Below, piece after piece: positions 55,944-64,000 of a stretch of DNA of 64,000 nucleotides (position 1 is the first letter of the stretch; every line of letters starts with the position of its first letter). This stretch comes from Clostridia bacterium (GTDB lineage Bacteria > Bacillota > Clostridia > Oscillospirales > CAG-272). Location of the stretch: the NCBI GenBank assembly GCA_017502875.1, contig JAFVUF010000023.1, forward strand, positions 3,020 through 67,019, in the 5' to 3' direction. Under the pieces are notes generated by a model. That model had not been told where the DNA came from and ran no database searches. It saw only the letters and a program-made list of their open reading frames with translations. The position numbers and the translations under genes were made by a program.

Positions 55944-57023
55944 ATGAACAACGCCACAAGTGAAGCATTATTTACCGATGAGATAGTAGCATTTAACTGT
56001 CCTAACTGCGGCGCAGAACTGAAATTTAATGCCGATAAGCAAAGGCTCTGCTGTGAATTCTGTGAGTCTGAATTCACGCATGATGAGATTTCAAAAACAA
56101 ACGCCAAGGAAAGCGCAAATGAACAAATACATAACGCAAAAGAATTCTGCGAGCAGTTAAACGAATACTATTGCCCCAACTGCGGCGCTGAGATAGCGTG
56201 CGACGATTCTACCGCCGCTGATATATGCGTATACTGTCATAGCCCCGTTGTACTCAAAGGTAAGCTTTCGGGACAGATGATGCCTGACAGGATAATACCG
56301 TTTAGATTCAGCAAGGAAGAAGCAGAAAATAAATTCTTTGAGTTCGCGAGGAGGAAGTGGTTCGTTCCAAAGGAATTCAAAAGCAAACAGCAGGCATCTC
56401 TTATTTCAGGAGTGTACTATCCTTTCTGGGTTACGGATGCCGATACCGACGGAGAATATTTCGCTAAGGCTACGAAAATAAGAAAATGGCGAGTCGGTAA
56501 CGTTGAATACACCGAAACGTCCAGATTTAATATAGTGCGTAGGGGCTTTATTCATTTTGAGGATATCGTTACCTCCGCGATTAAGGAAGAAGACAAGGCT
56601 ATGCTTGAAGGAATACTTCCCTATCCCTCTGAATCCCTGCAGCCTTTTTCAATGCCTTATCTTTCGGGCTTTAAGGCAAAAAAGCGTAATATTGAAAGAG
56701 ATATGCTTTCCTCAGAGATAAAGGCAAGAATGAATGACTATGCCGCAACGCTTCTTAAACGCACGGTAAACGGATACGCAACCGTAAACGAAACGTCCCG
56801 CGGAGTACGCATACGCCAAAGCCACTGGGAATATTCGCTTATGCCTATATGGATACTTAACTACGTTACGAAAAAAAGAACATATAAGTACGCAATGAAC
56901 GGCTATACGGGAAAGGTATACGGCGAGCTTCCCGTCTCGCTCGGTAAGCTTTTTGCCGTATGTGGCGCGGTATTTGCGGCTGTCGCTCCCATTATCGCTT
57001 TAATAGGAGGTATGTTCCTATGA
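55944..57023 (+). CDS. double zinc-ribbon protein with C-terminal TM anchor, uncharacterised
   Basis: 359 aa with CPNCG-x13-CEFCES and CPNCG-x17-CVYCHS ribbons and a hydrophobic C-terminus (LFAVCGAVFAAVAPIIALIGGMFL). Confidence 0.6.
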   Translation: MNNATSEALFTDEIVAFNCPNCGAELKFNADKQRLCCEFCESEFTHDEISKTNAKESANEQIHNAKEFCEQLNEYYCPNCGAEIACDDSTAADICVYCHSPVVLKGKLSGQMMPDRIIPFRFSKEEAENKFFEFARRKWFVPKEFKSKQQASLISGVYYPFWVTDADTDGEYFAKATKIRKWRVGNVEYTETSRFNIVRRGFIHFEDIVTSAIKEEDKAMLEGILPYPSESLQPFSMPYLSGFKAKKRNIERDMLSSEIKARMNDYAATLLKRTVNGYATVNETSRGVRIRQSHWEYSLMPIWILNYVTKKRTYKYAMNGYTGKVYGELPVSLGKLFAVCGAVFAAVAPIIALIGGMFL

Positions 57024-57742
57024 TTAAGAAAATAATTTCAGTACTCTTAGCTCTATTTTTAGCGATATCGCTTTTCTGCTTTCCCGTGCTCGCGCAAAAT
57101 GACAAGGTAGTCTACGACTACGCAAAGGTCTTTAGTGAAGCCGAAAAGGCGCAGATAACCGATGCGGCAAACCGTTATTTTACCGATAACGGCTGCTCGG
57201 TATATATTGTAACTGCCCCCTTCTACGGATATTGGGGAGAGGATTTTCTTAAAGAAAATCCGGGAGTTGACAAAAATTCAGTTATACTTATTCTCTCCTG
57301 TAATTCTTCCGAAAATTACGATATGTACACCTACGGTAAATGCGACCGACTCATCAGCAACGGAGAGGTTGACATTATACTCGATGATCCCGACGTTTTT
57401 GACAACATCAAATATGAAGGCGATTACACATCAGCTGCCATAAGATTTATTGAGCTTTCAGCGGAAGCATGTACACCCGAAATCGCTCTTGCGATAGCTG
57501 TAGGAATAATTTTCGGACTTGTCGCAGCTATAACAGTATTTATCTGCGTAATAACTTCTTACAGAAAAAAACAGCATTCCGAAAAATATCCGCTTGACCG
57601 CTTTGCAAGGCTTGAGATTACAGAGTCAAGGGATATGTTCGCCGGAACATTCATAACCAAAAGAATTATACAAAGCAACCGAAGCCGCGGTGGCGGCGGA
57701 GGAAGAAGCGGCGGTGGCGGCGGTCATCGCGGCGGAAGATAG
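57020..57742 (+). CDS. TPM-domain (YgcG-like) membrane protein with Gly/Arg-rich tail
   Basis: Signal/TM N-terminus, TPM-like body, a second TM, and the tail RSRGGGGGRSGGGGGHRGGR. ATGA overlap with the upstream stop, with GGAGG upstream. Confidence 0.7.
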   Translation: MIKKIISVLLALFLAISLFCFPVLAQNDKVVYDYAKVFSEAEKAQITDAANRYFTDNGCSVYIVTAPFYGYWGEDFLKENPGVDKNSVILILSCNSSENYDMYTYGKCDRLISNGEVDIILDDPDVFDNIKYEGDYTSAAIRFIELSAEACTPEIALAIAVGIIFGLVAAITVFICVITSYRKKQHSEKYPLDRFARLEITESRDMFAGTFITKRIIQSNRSRGGGGGRSGGGGGHRGGR

Positions 57743-57845
57743 AAAATTACGGGAAATGTTAAGCAGAGTCTTGACATTTCCCGTATTCAGTATTATACTA
57801 ATAAGAGCAAATATGGTATATTACCTGTTTTATACGGAGTAGCAA

Positions 57846-58688
57846 ATGAACAAAATCTTAAAGAAAAAAATCTTAAATCCAACCGTTCAGCTTATGGTAG
57901 TGGACGCAAAGGCTATCGCCGCAAAGGCTGAACCCGGACAGTTTATAATCTTACGTGTTGACGAGGACGGCGAGCGCATACCGCTTACTATCGCGGATTA
58001 CGACCGCGAGGGCGGAACTGTTACGATTATTTTCCAGATAGTCGGCGCCACTACTGAGAAGCTCTCCAAGCTTAATGAGGGCGACCTTATTCACGATTTT
58101 GTCGGCCCGCTTGGTAAGCCCACGGAAACGTCAGGTCTTAAAAAGGTAGCCGTTGTAGGCGGTGGCGTAGGCTGCGCTATCGCTTATCCCGTTGCCAAAA
58201 AGCTACACGAAAGCGGCGCAACCGTTCATTCAATCGTTGGCTTTCGAAGCAAGGAGCTTGTTATTCTTGAAGACGAATTCAGAAACGTAAGCGATAAGCT
58301 TGTGCTTATGAGCGACGACGGAACAGCCGGCGCTAAGGGACTCGTAACAGACGCATTAAAGGCGTTAATTGAAAGCGGCGAGACCTACGACGAGGTTATT
58401 ACTATCGGTCCGCTTATTATGATGAAATTCGTATGCAAGCTAACTAAGGAATACGGAATAAAAACAACCGTAAGCATGAACCCAATTATGATAGACGGAA
58501 CGGGTATGTGCGGCGGCTGTCGCTTAACGGTTGGCGGCGAGACCAAATTCGCATGTGTTGACGGCCCCGATTTTGACGGTCATCTCGTTGATTTTGACGA
58601 GGCTATGGCAAGAGGAGCTATGTATAAGCCGTATGAGCGCGAAGCGCACGCGCACGCCTGTAACCTGCTTAAAAAGGAGGCAAAGTAA
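57846..58688 (+). CDS. NfnA/SudB-like ferredoxin-NADP+ reductase subunit (FAD, 2Fe-2S)
   Basis: 280 aa. RIPLTIADYD FAD-binding barrel, GGGVGCA NAD(P) motif, C-terminal Cys cluster CGGCRLTVGGETKFACVDGP. Confidence 0.85.
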   Translation: MNKILKKKILNPTVQLMVVDAKAIAAKAEPGQFIILRVDEDGERIPLTIADYDREGGTVTIIFQIVGATTEKLSKLNEGDLIHDFVGPLGKPTETSGLKKVAVVGGGVGCAIAYPVAKKLHESGATVHSIVGFRSKELVILEDEFRNVSDKLVLMSDDGTAGAKGLVTDALKALIESGETYDEVITIGPLIMMKFVCKLTKEYGIKTTVSMNPIMIDGTGMCGGCRLTVGGETKFACVDGPDFDGHLVDFDEAMARGAMYKPYEREAHAHACNLLKKEAK

Positions 58689-58690
58689 AT

Positions 58691-60079
58691 ATGGCGAATA
58701 TGTCCTTAAAGAAAAATGAAATGCCTTCGCAAGAGCCAAACGTAAGAAATAAGAATTTCGATGAGGTAGCACTCGGCTACACACCCGAAATGGCGATAGA
58801 CGAGGCAAAGCGCTGTCTTAACTGTAAAAATAAGCCTTGCGTTAGCGGCTGCCCTGTAAGAATTGATATTCCCGAATTTATTAAATGCGTAGCAAACTGT
58901 GATTTTGAGGAAGCATACGCGGTGCTTAGCCGTTCAACCTCTCTACCCGCTGTCTGCGGCAGAGTTTGCCCGCAGGAATCACAGTGCGAGTCAAAATGTG
59001 TAAGAGGTATAAAGGGCGAGCCTGTCGCCATCGGACGTCTTGAGCGCTTCGTTGCCGACTACCATAATGCAAATTGCAAAACACTCCCCGAAAAGCCAAA
59101 AGCAAACGGACATAAGGTAGCCGTAATCGGCTCAGGCCCCGCAGGACTTGCCTGCGCAGGCGAGCTTGCCAAAAAAGGCTATGCCGTAACGGTTTTTGAG
59201 GCTCTGCACGTAGCGGGCGGAGTGCTTGTTTACGGAATTCCCGAATTCCGTCTGCCAAAGGCAATCGTTAAACGGGAAATAGACGGACTTAAAGCGCTCG
59301 GAGTTGAGATATCGACCAATACGGTTATAGGTAAAACCTTCTCTATTGATGAGCTTATGAGTGAGCAGGGCTTTGAGGCTGTATTTATCGGCTCAGGCGC
59401 AGGACTTCCCCGCTTTATGAATATTCCGGGTGAAAACCTTAAAGGCGTATACTCCGCAAACGAATTCCTCACAAGGATAAATCTTATGAAGGCTTACCGC
59501 GAGGATAGCTCAACGCCTATTCAGAAGCCTAAATCGGCGGCGATAGTCGGTGGCGGAAACGTCGCAATGGACGCGGCAAGGTGCGCTAAGCGCTTAGGCG
59601 CTGAAAACGTATATATCGTTTACCGTCGTTCCGAGGAGGAGCTTCCCGCAAGAGCTGAGGAGGTCGAGCACGCAAAGGAAGAAGGAATCATCTTCCGTAC
59701 GCTTACAAATCCCCGTGAAATAATCGGTAACGAAAACGGCTTTGTTTCAAAGCTTATCTGCTCGGAAATGGAGCTTGGAGAGCCAGATGCTTCGGGCAGA
59801 AGAAAGCCTATTGAAAAGGTTGGCTCGACGGTTGAAATCGAATGTGATTGCGTTATAATGTCTATAGGCACATCTCCTAATCCGCTGATTAAGTCAACTA
59901 CAAACGGTCTTGAAACCGAGCGACACGGCTGCATAGTTGCTGATGAAAACGGAAAGACGTCGATTGACGGAGTCTACGCCGGCGGAGACGCGGTTACGGG
60001 CGCGGCAACGGTTATTCTTGCGATGGGCGCGGGTAAGAACGCGGCAAAGGCAATTGACGAGTATATAATGTCTAAATAA
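58691..60079 (+). CDS. NfnB/GltD-like NADPH-dependent oxidoreductase (glutamate synthase small-chain family)
   Basis: 462 aa. N-terminal 2x[4Fe-4S] Cys motifs (CLNCKNKPCVSGCP; CGRVCPQESQCESKC). Dinucleotide folds VAVIGSGPAGLA and AIVGGGNVAMD. Confidence 0.88.
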   Translation: MANMSLKKNEMPSQEPNVRNKNFDEVALGYTPEMAIDEAKRCLNCKNKPCVSGCPVRIDIPEFIKCVANCDFEEAYAVLSRSTSLPAVCGRVCPQESQCESKCVRGIKGEPVAIGRLERFVADYHNANCKTLPEKPKANGHKVAVIGSGPAGLACAGELAKKGYAVTVFEALHVAGGVLVYGIPEFRLPKAIVKREIDGLKALGVEISTNTVIGKTFSIDELMSEQGFEAVFIGSGAGLPRFMNIPGENLKGVYSANEFLTRINLMKAYREDSSTPIQKPKSAAIVGGGNVAMDAARCAKRLGAENVYIVYRRSEEELPARAEEVEHAKEEGIIFRTLTNPREIIGNENGFVSKLICSEMELGEPDASGRRKPIEKVGSTVEIECDCVIMSIGTSPNPLIKSTTNGLETERHGCIVADENGKTSIDGVYAGGDAVTGAATVILAMGAGKNAAKAIDEYIMSK

Positions 60080-60087
60080 ATTAACGT

Positions 60088-60118
60088 AAAAAATCGTGCG
60101 GTTTTCCGCACGATTTTT
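60088..60118 (+). terminator. intrinsic terminator
   Basis: ATCGTGCGG/CCGCACGAT stem followed by TTTTT. Confidence 0.85.
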
Positions 60119-60172
60119 AATTGCTGTATAACCAAAAACTTAAAAAATATTTCAGTTTTTTTCAAAAACCTC

Positions 60173-60211
60173 TTGACAAATCCAAATCATTATGATATCA
60201 TTGTGATATCA
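60173..60211 (+). promoter_or_regulatory. promoter (TTGACA-17-TATCAT) overlapped by tandem TGATATCA palindromes
   Basis: TTGACA at 60173-60178 and TATCAT at 60196-60201. TGATATCA occurs at 60193-60200 and 60204-60211, 11 bp centre-to-centre. Confidence 0.6.
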
Positions 60212-60232
60212 AAGCATTGGAGGTAAAATGAA

Positions 60233-61258
60233 ATGCAGGAAAAAATTTTAAACAACAAAAAGCACGGAATGCTTGCGCTTTTCGTAACGGCTATTCTCTA
60301 CCTTGCCGCTATTGCGACGTTCGTATTAGGTATCGTCAGATTTGAAACGGTAGGCGACACCGATCCGCTGGCTATTGTCTTATTTGTTATCGGTATCGTT
60401 TACATGTGCGTAGGCTGGATTCCCTTCCTCGGTCTTAAAATACTTAAACCGCAGGAAGCGCTCGTGCTTACTCTTTTCGGTAAGTACATAGACACCATCA
60501 AGGGCGACGGCTTCTACTTTGTTAACCCCTTCTGTTCCGCGGTAAACCCTGCCGCAAAGACCAAGCTTAGCCAGAGCGCAGACGTCAGCACCACTCACTC
60601 TATAACCGAGGCTCTCAAGGGCGGAGCGACGGTTGAGGTTGAAAGCAAAAAGCTTTCGCTTAAAATTATGACGTTAAGCAACGCCAAGCAGAAGATTAAC
60701 GACTGTCTCGGAAATCCTATTGAAATAGGTATAGCGGTAACATGGAAAATAACCGATACCGCAAAGGCTGTTTTTAACGTTGATAACTACAAGGAGTACC
60801 TCTCTCTTCAGTGCGACAGCGCGCTTCGTAACGTAGTACGTATCTATCCTTACGACGTTTCGCCAAACGTTGATACCACGGGAGACGGTCAGGCTGACGA
60901 CGGAAGCCTTCGCGGCTCAAGCGAGCTTGTAGCGGAGCGTATAAGAAACGAAATAAGCGAGCGTGTCGCTGACGCGGGTATCGAGATAATCGAGGCTCGC
61001 ATTACCTACCTCGCTTACGCAACCGAGATAGCCGCGGTTATGCTCCAAAGACAGCAGGCATCCGCTATAATTGACGCGAGAAAGATGATAGTTGACGGAG
61101 CTGTCGGCATGGTTGAAATGGCTCTTGAACGCTTAAAGGAGCATAACACCATTGAGCTTGACGAGGAAAGAAAGGCTCAGATGGTTTCAAATCTACTCGT
61201 AGTTCTTTGCGGCAACCGCGACGCGCAGCCCATCGTAAATTCCGGTTCGATATACTAA
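60233..61258 (+). CDS. SPFH/Band-7 domain membrane protein
   Basis: 341 aa with two N-terminal TM segments and an SPFH body with a coiled-coil tail ([20 protein letters not shown]). Confidence 0.8.
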   Translation: MQEKILNNKKHGMLALFVTAILYLAAIATFVLGIVRFETVGDTDPLAIVLFVIGIVYMCVGWIPFLGLKILKPQEALVLTLFGKYIDTIKGDGFYFVNPFCSAVNPAAKTKLSQSADVSTTHSITEALKGGATVEVESKKLSLKIMTLSNAKQKINDCLGNPIEIGIAVTWKITDTAKAVFNVDNYKEYLSLQCDSALRNVVRIYPYDVSPNVDTTGDGQADDGSLRGSSELVAERIRNEISERVADAGIEIIEARITYLAYATEIAAVMLQRQQASAIIDARKMIVDGAVGMVEMALERLKEHNTIELDEERKAQMVSNLLVVLCGNRDAQPIVNSGSIY

Positions 61259-61259
61259 T

Positions 61260-61439
61260 ATGAACGATAACGCAAAGAAGCAGGTACCGCTTCGGCTGTC
61301 CCCTACTCTTTTTGCGGAGCTAACTCGGTGGGCTGAAGATGACTTTCGCTCGCTTAATTCACAGATAGAATATCTGCTGACCGAAGCGGTTAAAAAACGC
61401 AAAAAGAAGTTGAAATACTCAGAAAAAACCGAAATATAA
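61260..61439 (+). CDS. Arc/MetJ-type ribbon-helix-helix protein, 59 aa (below ORF-track cutoff)
   Basis: [59 protein letters not shown]. The VPLRL-x-L...RSLN-x-IE-x-LL pattern is typical of RHH proteins. It starts 1 nt after the SPFH stop. Confidence 0.6.
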   Translation: MNDNAKKQVPLRLSPTLFAELTRWAEDDFRSLNSQIEYLLTEAVKKRKKKLKYSEKTEI

Positions 61440-61522
61440 AGTCATTAGCGAGGCAGCACTCTACTGCCTCGCTATTTAAATTAAAGAGCTTACAAAAAGA
61501 AGTCTTCTGTAAGCTCTTATTT

Positions 61523-62048
61523 TTAGTACGGTCTCTTTATATCGATGGTATACACTCCGTTATTTGAACGGGTTATATTATCACGTTTATTTACTGTACC
61601 GGAAGGGGTACAGGGGGGCGTACAGTTCTTGTCAAAGTTTGGGTTGGTAAGATAGAAATTCGTCTTACATTCAGCCTTATCCTGAGCTATTCCAAGCGCC
61701 TCAGCGAAGCGCTGATAGTGAACTACCTCTCTTGCGCGCAGGAATTTGAACGGCTCACGCACATCGGGGTCATCTACCAGACGGAGAATGTTGTCGTACA
61801 TTGTGCGCGCCTTCATCTCGGCTGCAAGGTCCTCGTTTAAATCGGTAAAAATGTCGCCCTTACTCTGAAGGAATGCCGCTGTAAACGGTGTTCCGGAAGC
61901 GCCCTGAGGATAGATACCCGCGGTGTGATCGACGAAGTAGGTATCAAAGCCGCTTTCCTTTATCTGACATTCACTGAGGTTTCTCGTAAGCTGATAAAGT
62001 ATACTTGATACTATCTCGACGTGAGCAAGCTCGCTCGTTCCATAATGA
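61523..62048 (-). pseudogene. 5'-truncated manganese catalase (CotJC-like); about 60 N-terminal codons missing
   Basis: The in-frame translation GTSELAHVEIV...TPFTAAFLQSKGD...DLAAEMKARTMYDNILRLVDDPDVREPFKFLRAREVVHYQRF is colinear with B. subtilis CotJC from about residue 61 onward. Homology stops at about 62048, with an in-frame TGA 3 codons upstream. Confidence 0.75.
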
Positions 62049-62092
62049 TATCAGTCATAAAAATCGCAAAAATACTAATAAATATCCCCCCG

Positions 62093-62443
62093 TGAAACGG
62101 GGGGTATTTCAGTTTCGGGCATAGCCCTAATACTACTGGCTGCGCACAAGTGCGCTGTTTATTGGCCTGCCAGCCATGCAATTGTTACTTGCTACCCGTA
62201 AACGGGTTCGCCAAAAAGCCTCCCTTCGGAGGGAGGTGGCACGACGCAAGGAGTGACGGAGGGAGAGTGCGTGTACCTCAAAGTTTGATAAAAATCCAAG
62301 GTTGCGCAGGCTCCTCCACCGCTTTGCGGAGCCCCCTCTCGGAGGGAGCCTTTGACACAAAAACATTCTACGCTGAATTTTTATTTGCTCTCTGCTCATC
62401 GGCAAAGCCTTTATGGAACCCCGCCACTATGGCGGGGTTTTTG
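62093..62443. other. GC-rich, hairpin-dense non-coding block
   Basis: Hairpins at 62093-62111 (C6G/CG6), 62149-62162, 62201-62214, 62226-62243, 62316-62340, 62341-62353 and 62417-62439 (followed by T5 on the plus strand). The 9-mer CGGAGGGAG occurs 3 times. ORFs here are Arg-rich and implausible. Confidence 0.5.
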
Positions 62444-62450
62444 TTAGACA

Positions 62451-62485
62451 AAAAAGGAAGCCGCATTACGCGACTTCCTTTTTCA
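62451..62485. repeat. 35-bp repeat copy 2; covers the last 6 codons plus stop, and the terminator, of the 305-aa ORF
   Basis: Identical to 54422-54456. Confidence 0.9.
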
Positions 62486-63383
62486 CTTCTTCCACCGGCA
62501 CTCTCTCCGCCCACTTAATGAACTGCTCCATTAAATCTATCTGATTATTTTTATAGTCTACGGTATCAACAGTAATGTTTTCAAAGCCGTCTCGGTACCC
62601 GGCAAAGCCATTGAGTACAACAAACAGAACTTTAAATGCTGTCGCCGCTATCGTCGCAAAGCTCGGATTTAATAGCACCTCAAACGCAACAGCGCTTATG
62701 AGCGCCGAATTTATAAAGAGCTTACCCAGTTTGAAGCCTGATTTAACGTTGCGCTTCTGTGTCGGTGTAGCGCGAGGCTTTGTCCTGCGCTTCTTGCTGC
62801 TCTCACGCTGCATAATCATGTCAGCATTTAGAGATATTGGTTTAATGCCGTTAGCCTCAATGATAGCCGCCTTCTGTTGCTCTGATAGATTTTCGGCTTT
62901 CATAACGTCAGCCTCATCCGTTGCTATAAACGGCTCGTACGTACTATACGATACTCCGCTTGCCGCAAGAACCGATGAACGAGCGCTTTTCAGCTCCTCG
63001 CCTATGTACCAGATGCAGAAATCGTTCATTCGGTAATCTATACTTGAATCAACGATTTTCTTTTTTAACTCATCGTATTTTTTGCGAACATTAATAAAAC
63101 CGTCATCAAGCTTACCGGCTTTAATACCACTGTCAAGCTGGTTGATATACATTGCGTAGTTGCAAAACAACAGCACAAAGAAATTCGTTCCGAGCTTCAG
63201 CCAGGCATTAAAATCCGTCAAATGAATGTCTGCAAGCATAACAACGATAACGACGAGGATTATAAAAGCGCTTACGAGCGTTCCTGCGTTACCGATAATG
63301 CTCTTACTGCCGGAGCTGTTCTGCGCCGTACCAGACGTTCTATTTTCAGCCTTGGGCGTATTATTAATAGGTAACTTATCCAT
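62466..63383 (-). CDS. hypothetical membrane protein (305 aa)
   Basis: N-terminal polar region, TM segments at both ends, a Lys/Arg-rich linker. No family recognised. Confidence 0.5.
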   Translation of the reverse strand: MDKLPINNTPKAENRTSGTAQNSSGSKSIIGNAGTLVSAFIILVVIVVMLADIHLTDFNAWLKLGTNFFVLLFCNYAMYINQLDSGIKAGKLDDGFINVRKKYDELKKKIVDSSIDYRMNDFCIWYIGEELKSARSSVLAASGVSYSTYEPFIATDEADVMKAENLSEQQKAAIIEANGIKPISLNADMIMQRESSKKRRTKPRATPTQKRNVKSGFKLGKLFINSALISAVAFEVLLNPSFATIAATAFKVLFVVLNGFAGYRDGFENITVDTVDYKNNQIDLMEQFIKWAERVPVEEVKKEVA

Positions 63384-63388
63384 TTACC

Positions 63389-63748
63389 TCACTCCTTCTT
63401 CTCTATCCGTTCCCCGACCTTGTATACTGCTGCGCCGGCTCCGTTAGATATTGCGCCGAATACGGCAATAACAACAGCCTGGTCTATGATAGTGTTTATT
63501 GCTATCAGGATACCGGCAAGACATGTCCAAACCATCCACGCCGCAGGAGATGATACGCGGTTTTTAAGCACTCTCAGCGCCGGGATAATCGACAGTAACG
63601 CAAATACCACCGCTATGCCTGAAACGGTTGTCTCAGCCGATTTTTCTACCCACAGGGGAAAATATGAAAGCGTTACCGCAAGCGGTACGCCTACGTCAAG
63701 CGCAAGCGCACCGCCTTTAATAAGCTTTCCTTTTGTCTTGTTAGTCAT
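63389..63748 (-). CDS. hypothetical small membrane protein (119 aa, 3-4 TM)
   Basis: Hydrophobic, with a 5-nt gap to the next gene and an ATGA overlap with the previous one. Confidence 0.5.
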   Translation of the reverse strand: MTNKTKGKLIKGGALALDVGVPLAVTLSYFPLWVEKSAETTVSGIAVVFALLSIIPALRVLKNRVSSPAAWMVWTCLAGILIAINTIIDQAVVIAVFGAISNGAGAAVYKVGERIEKKE

Positions 63749-63963
63749 CAGACCGCCTCCTCATCAGAGGCGGCTTTTTCCGTTCCTGCCGCTAGTAAGC
63801 CCTTGGACGCTGTAACGAGCGCCGCAAGCTGCTCGTCATTTGATATTGCGTTCATAGCATTGGCGTAGGTCATATTAACAACGTCCTTCACGCCCTGCGG
63901 AAGATTCTTGCTGTTCGGATACACCCTCGAAAGTATCTCAAGTATCGCCGTATTCGTAACCAT
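63748..63963 (-). CDS. hypothetical small soluble protein (71 aa)
   Basis: Its start overlaps the stop of an upstream ORF (TAATG) that runs off the window. Confidence 0.4.
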   Translation of the reverse strand: MVTNTAILEILSRVYPNSKNLPQGVKDVVNMTYANAMNAISNDEQLAALVTASKGLLAAGTEKAASDEEAV

Positions 63964-64000
63964 TACCGCGGCGAGCTGTTTATCTCTCTCGGTATCAGAC

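Noticed and set aside
37463-60180. The shared 13-mer ACCTCTTGACAAA and the nearby TGATATCA(T) at the XRE promoter (37463) and the SPFH promoter (60168), as evidence of a common regulator
   Set aside because: The similarity is largely the -35/-10 consensus plus a short palindrome containing GATATC. TGATATCA also occurs at 62052 in a non-promoter context. This is not enough to claim co-regulation.
54422-62485. Calling the 8 kb between the two 35-bp repeats a bona fide integrated genomic island
   Set aside because: There is no integrase, recombinase or mobility gene inside. The content is largely housekeeping-like (NfnAB-type oxidoreductase, Zn peptidase, SPFH). The repeat is not part of the tRNA. 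It is reported only as a repeat observation with alternatives.
62133-62518. 90-aa (minus) and 122-aa (plus) ORFs in the GC-rich block
   Set aside because: They are extremely Arg/Ser/Gly/Pro-rich, mutually overlapping on opposite strands, lack RBSs and coincide with stacked hairpins. They are most likely non-coding.
1-64000. CRISPR arrays, IS elements or transposases, integrases, reverse transcriptases, rRNA operons, recognisable restriction-modification or named anti-phage defence systems
   Set aside because: I scanned the intergenic regions and ORF translations. No regularly spaced repeats were found, and no DDE, tyrosine or serine recombinase, RT or methyltransferase motifs were recognised.

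Overview
The window looks like a mostly core chromosomal segment of a low-GC, spore-forming Clostridia-type Firmicute (spoIVB, a CotJC-like Mn catalase, a DUF3794/LysM coat-like protein, Cheo-type LexA boxes, a preQ1-I riboswitch). Most of it is dense housekeeping: prfA-tsaC-type II topoisomerase subunit A, coaE, dxs, trkAH, yicC-remA-gmk-rpoZ-priA-def-fmt, murA, prfB, dinB, glmM and nfnAB-like genes, plus three tRNAs (Ser-CGA, Gly-TCC, Leu-CAG). I saw no CRISPR array, rRNA, transposase, integrase or reverse transcriptase. No single complete new system can be proven from sequence alone. The best candidates for a second look are six. (1) An SOS node at 35.9-38.6 kb: three LexA boxes sit inside two back-to-back consensus promoters that drive dinB plus an overlapping 83-aa ORF on one side and an XRE/ImmA (IrrE-like) repressor-protease pair on the other. 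(2) A strongly promoted, structured leader of about 190 nt holds a split copy of the tRNA-Ser 5' end, directly upstream of tRNA-Ser(CGA). (3) A Mn-catalase (CotJC-like) gene is cleanly truncated at its 5' end at about 62049. It abuts a GC-rich, hairpin-dense non-coding block and a tightly packed operon of small membrane proteins that runs off the window, so it may be a split sporulation gene or an intervening element. (4) A 35-bp perfect direct repeat occurs at 54422 (just after tRNA-Leu) and at 62451. (5) An AraC, short glycyl-radical enzyme and activase cassette of unknown substrate is bracketed by two copies of the same terminator hairpin. (6) Several uncharacterised small modules: DUF5685 with a Cys-rich J-protein, a double zinc-ribbon protein with a TPM protein, SPFH with an RHH protein and a tandem TGATATCA operator, and an orphan promoter-hairpin-terminator sRNA candidate. 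All functional calls come from motif and family recognition by eye; no database search was run.
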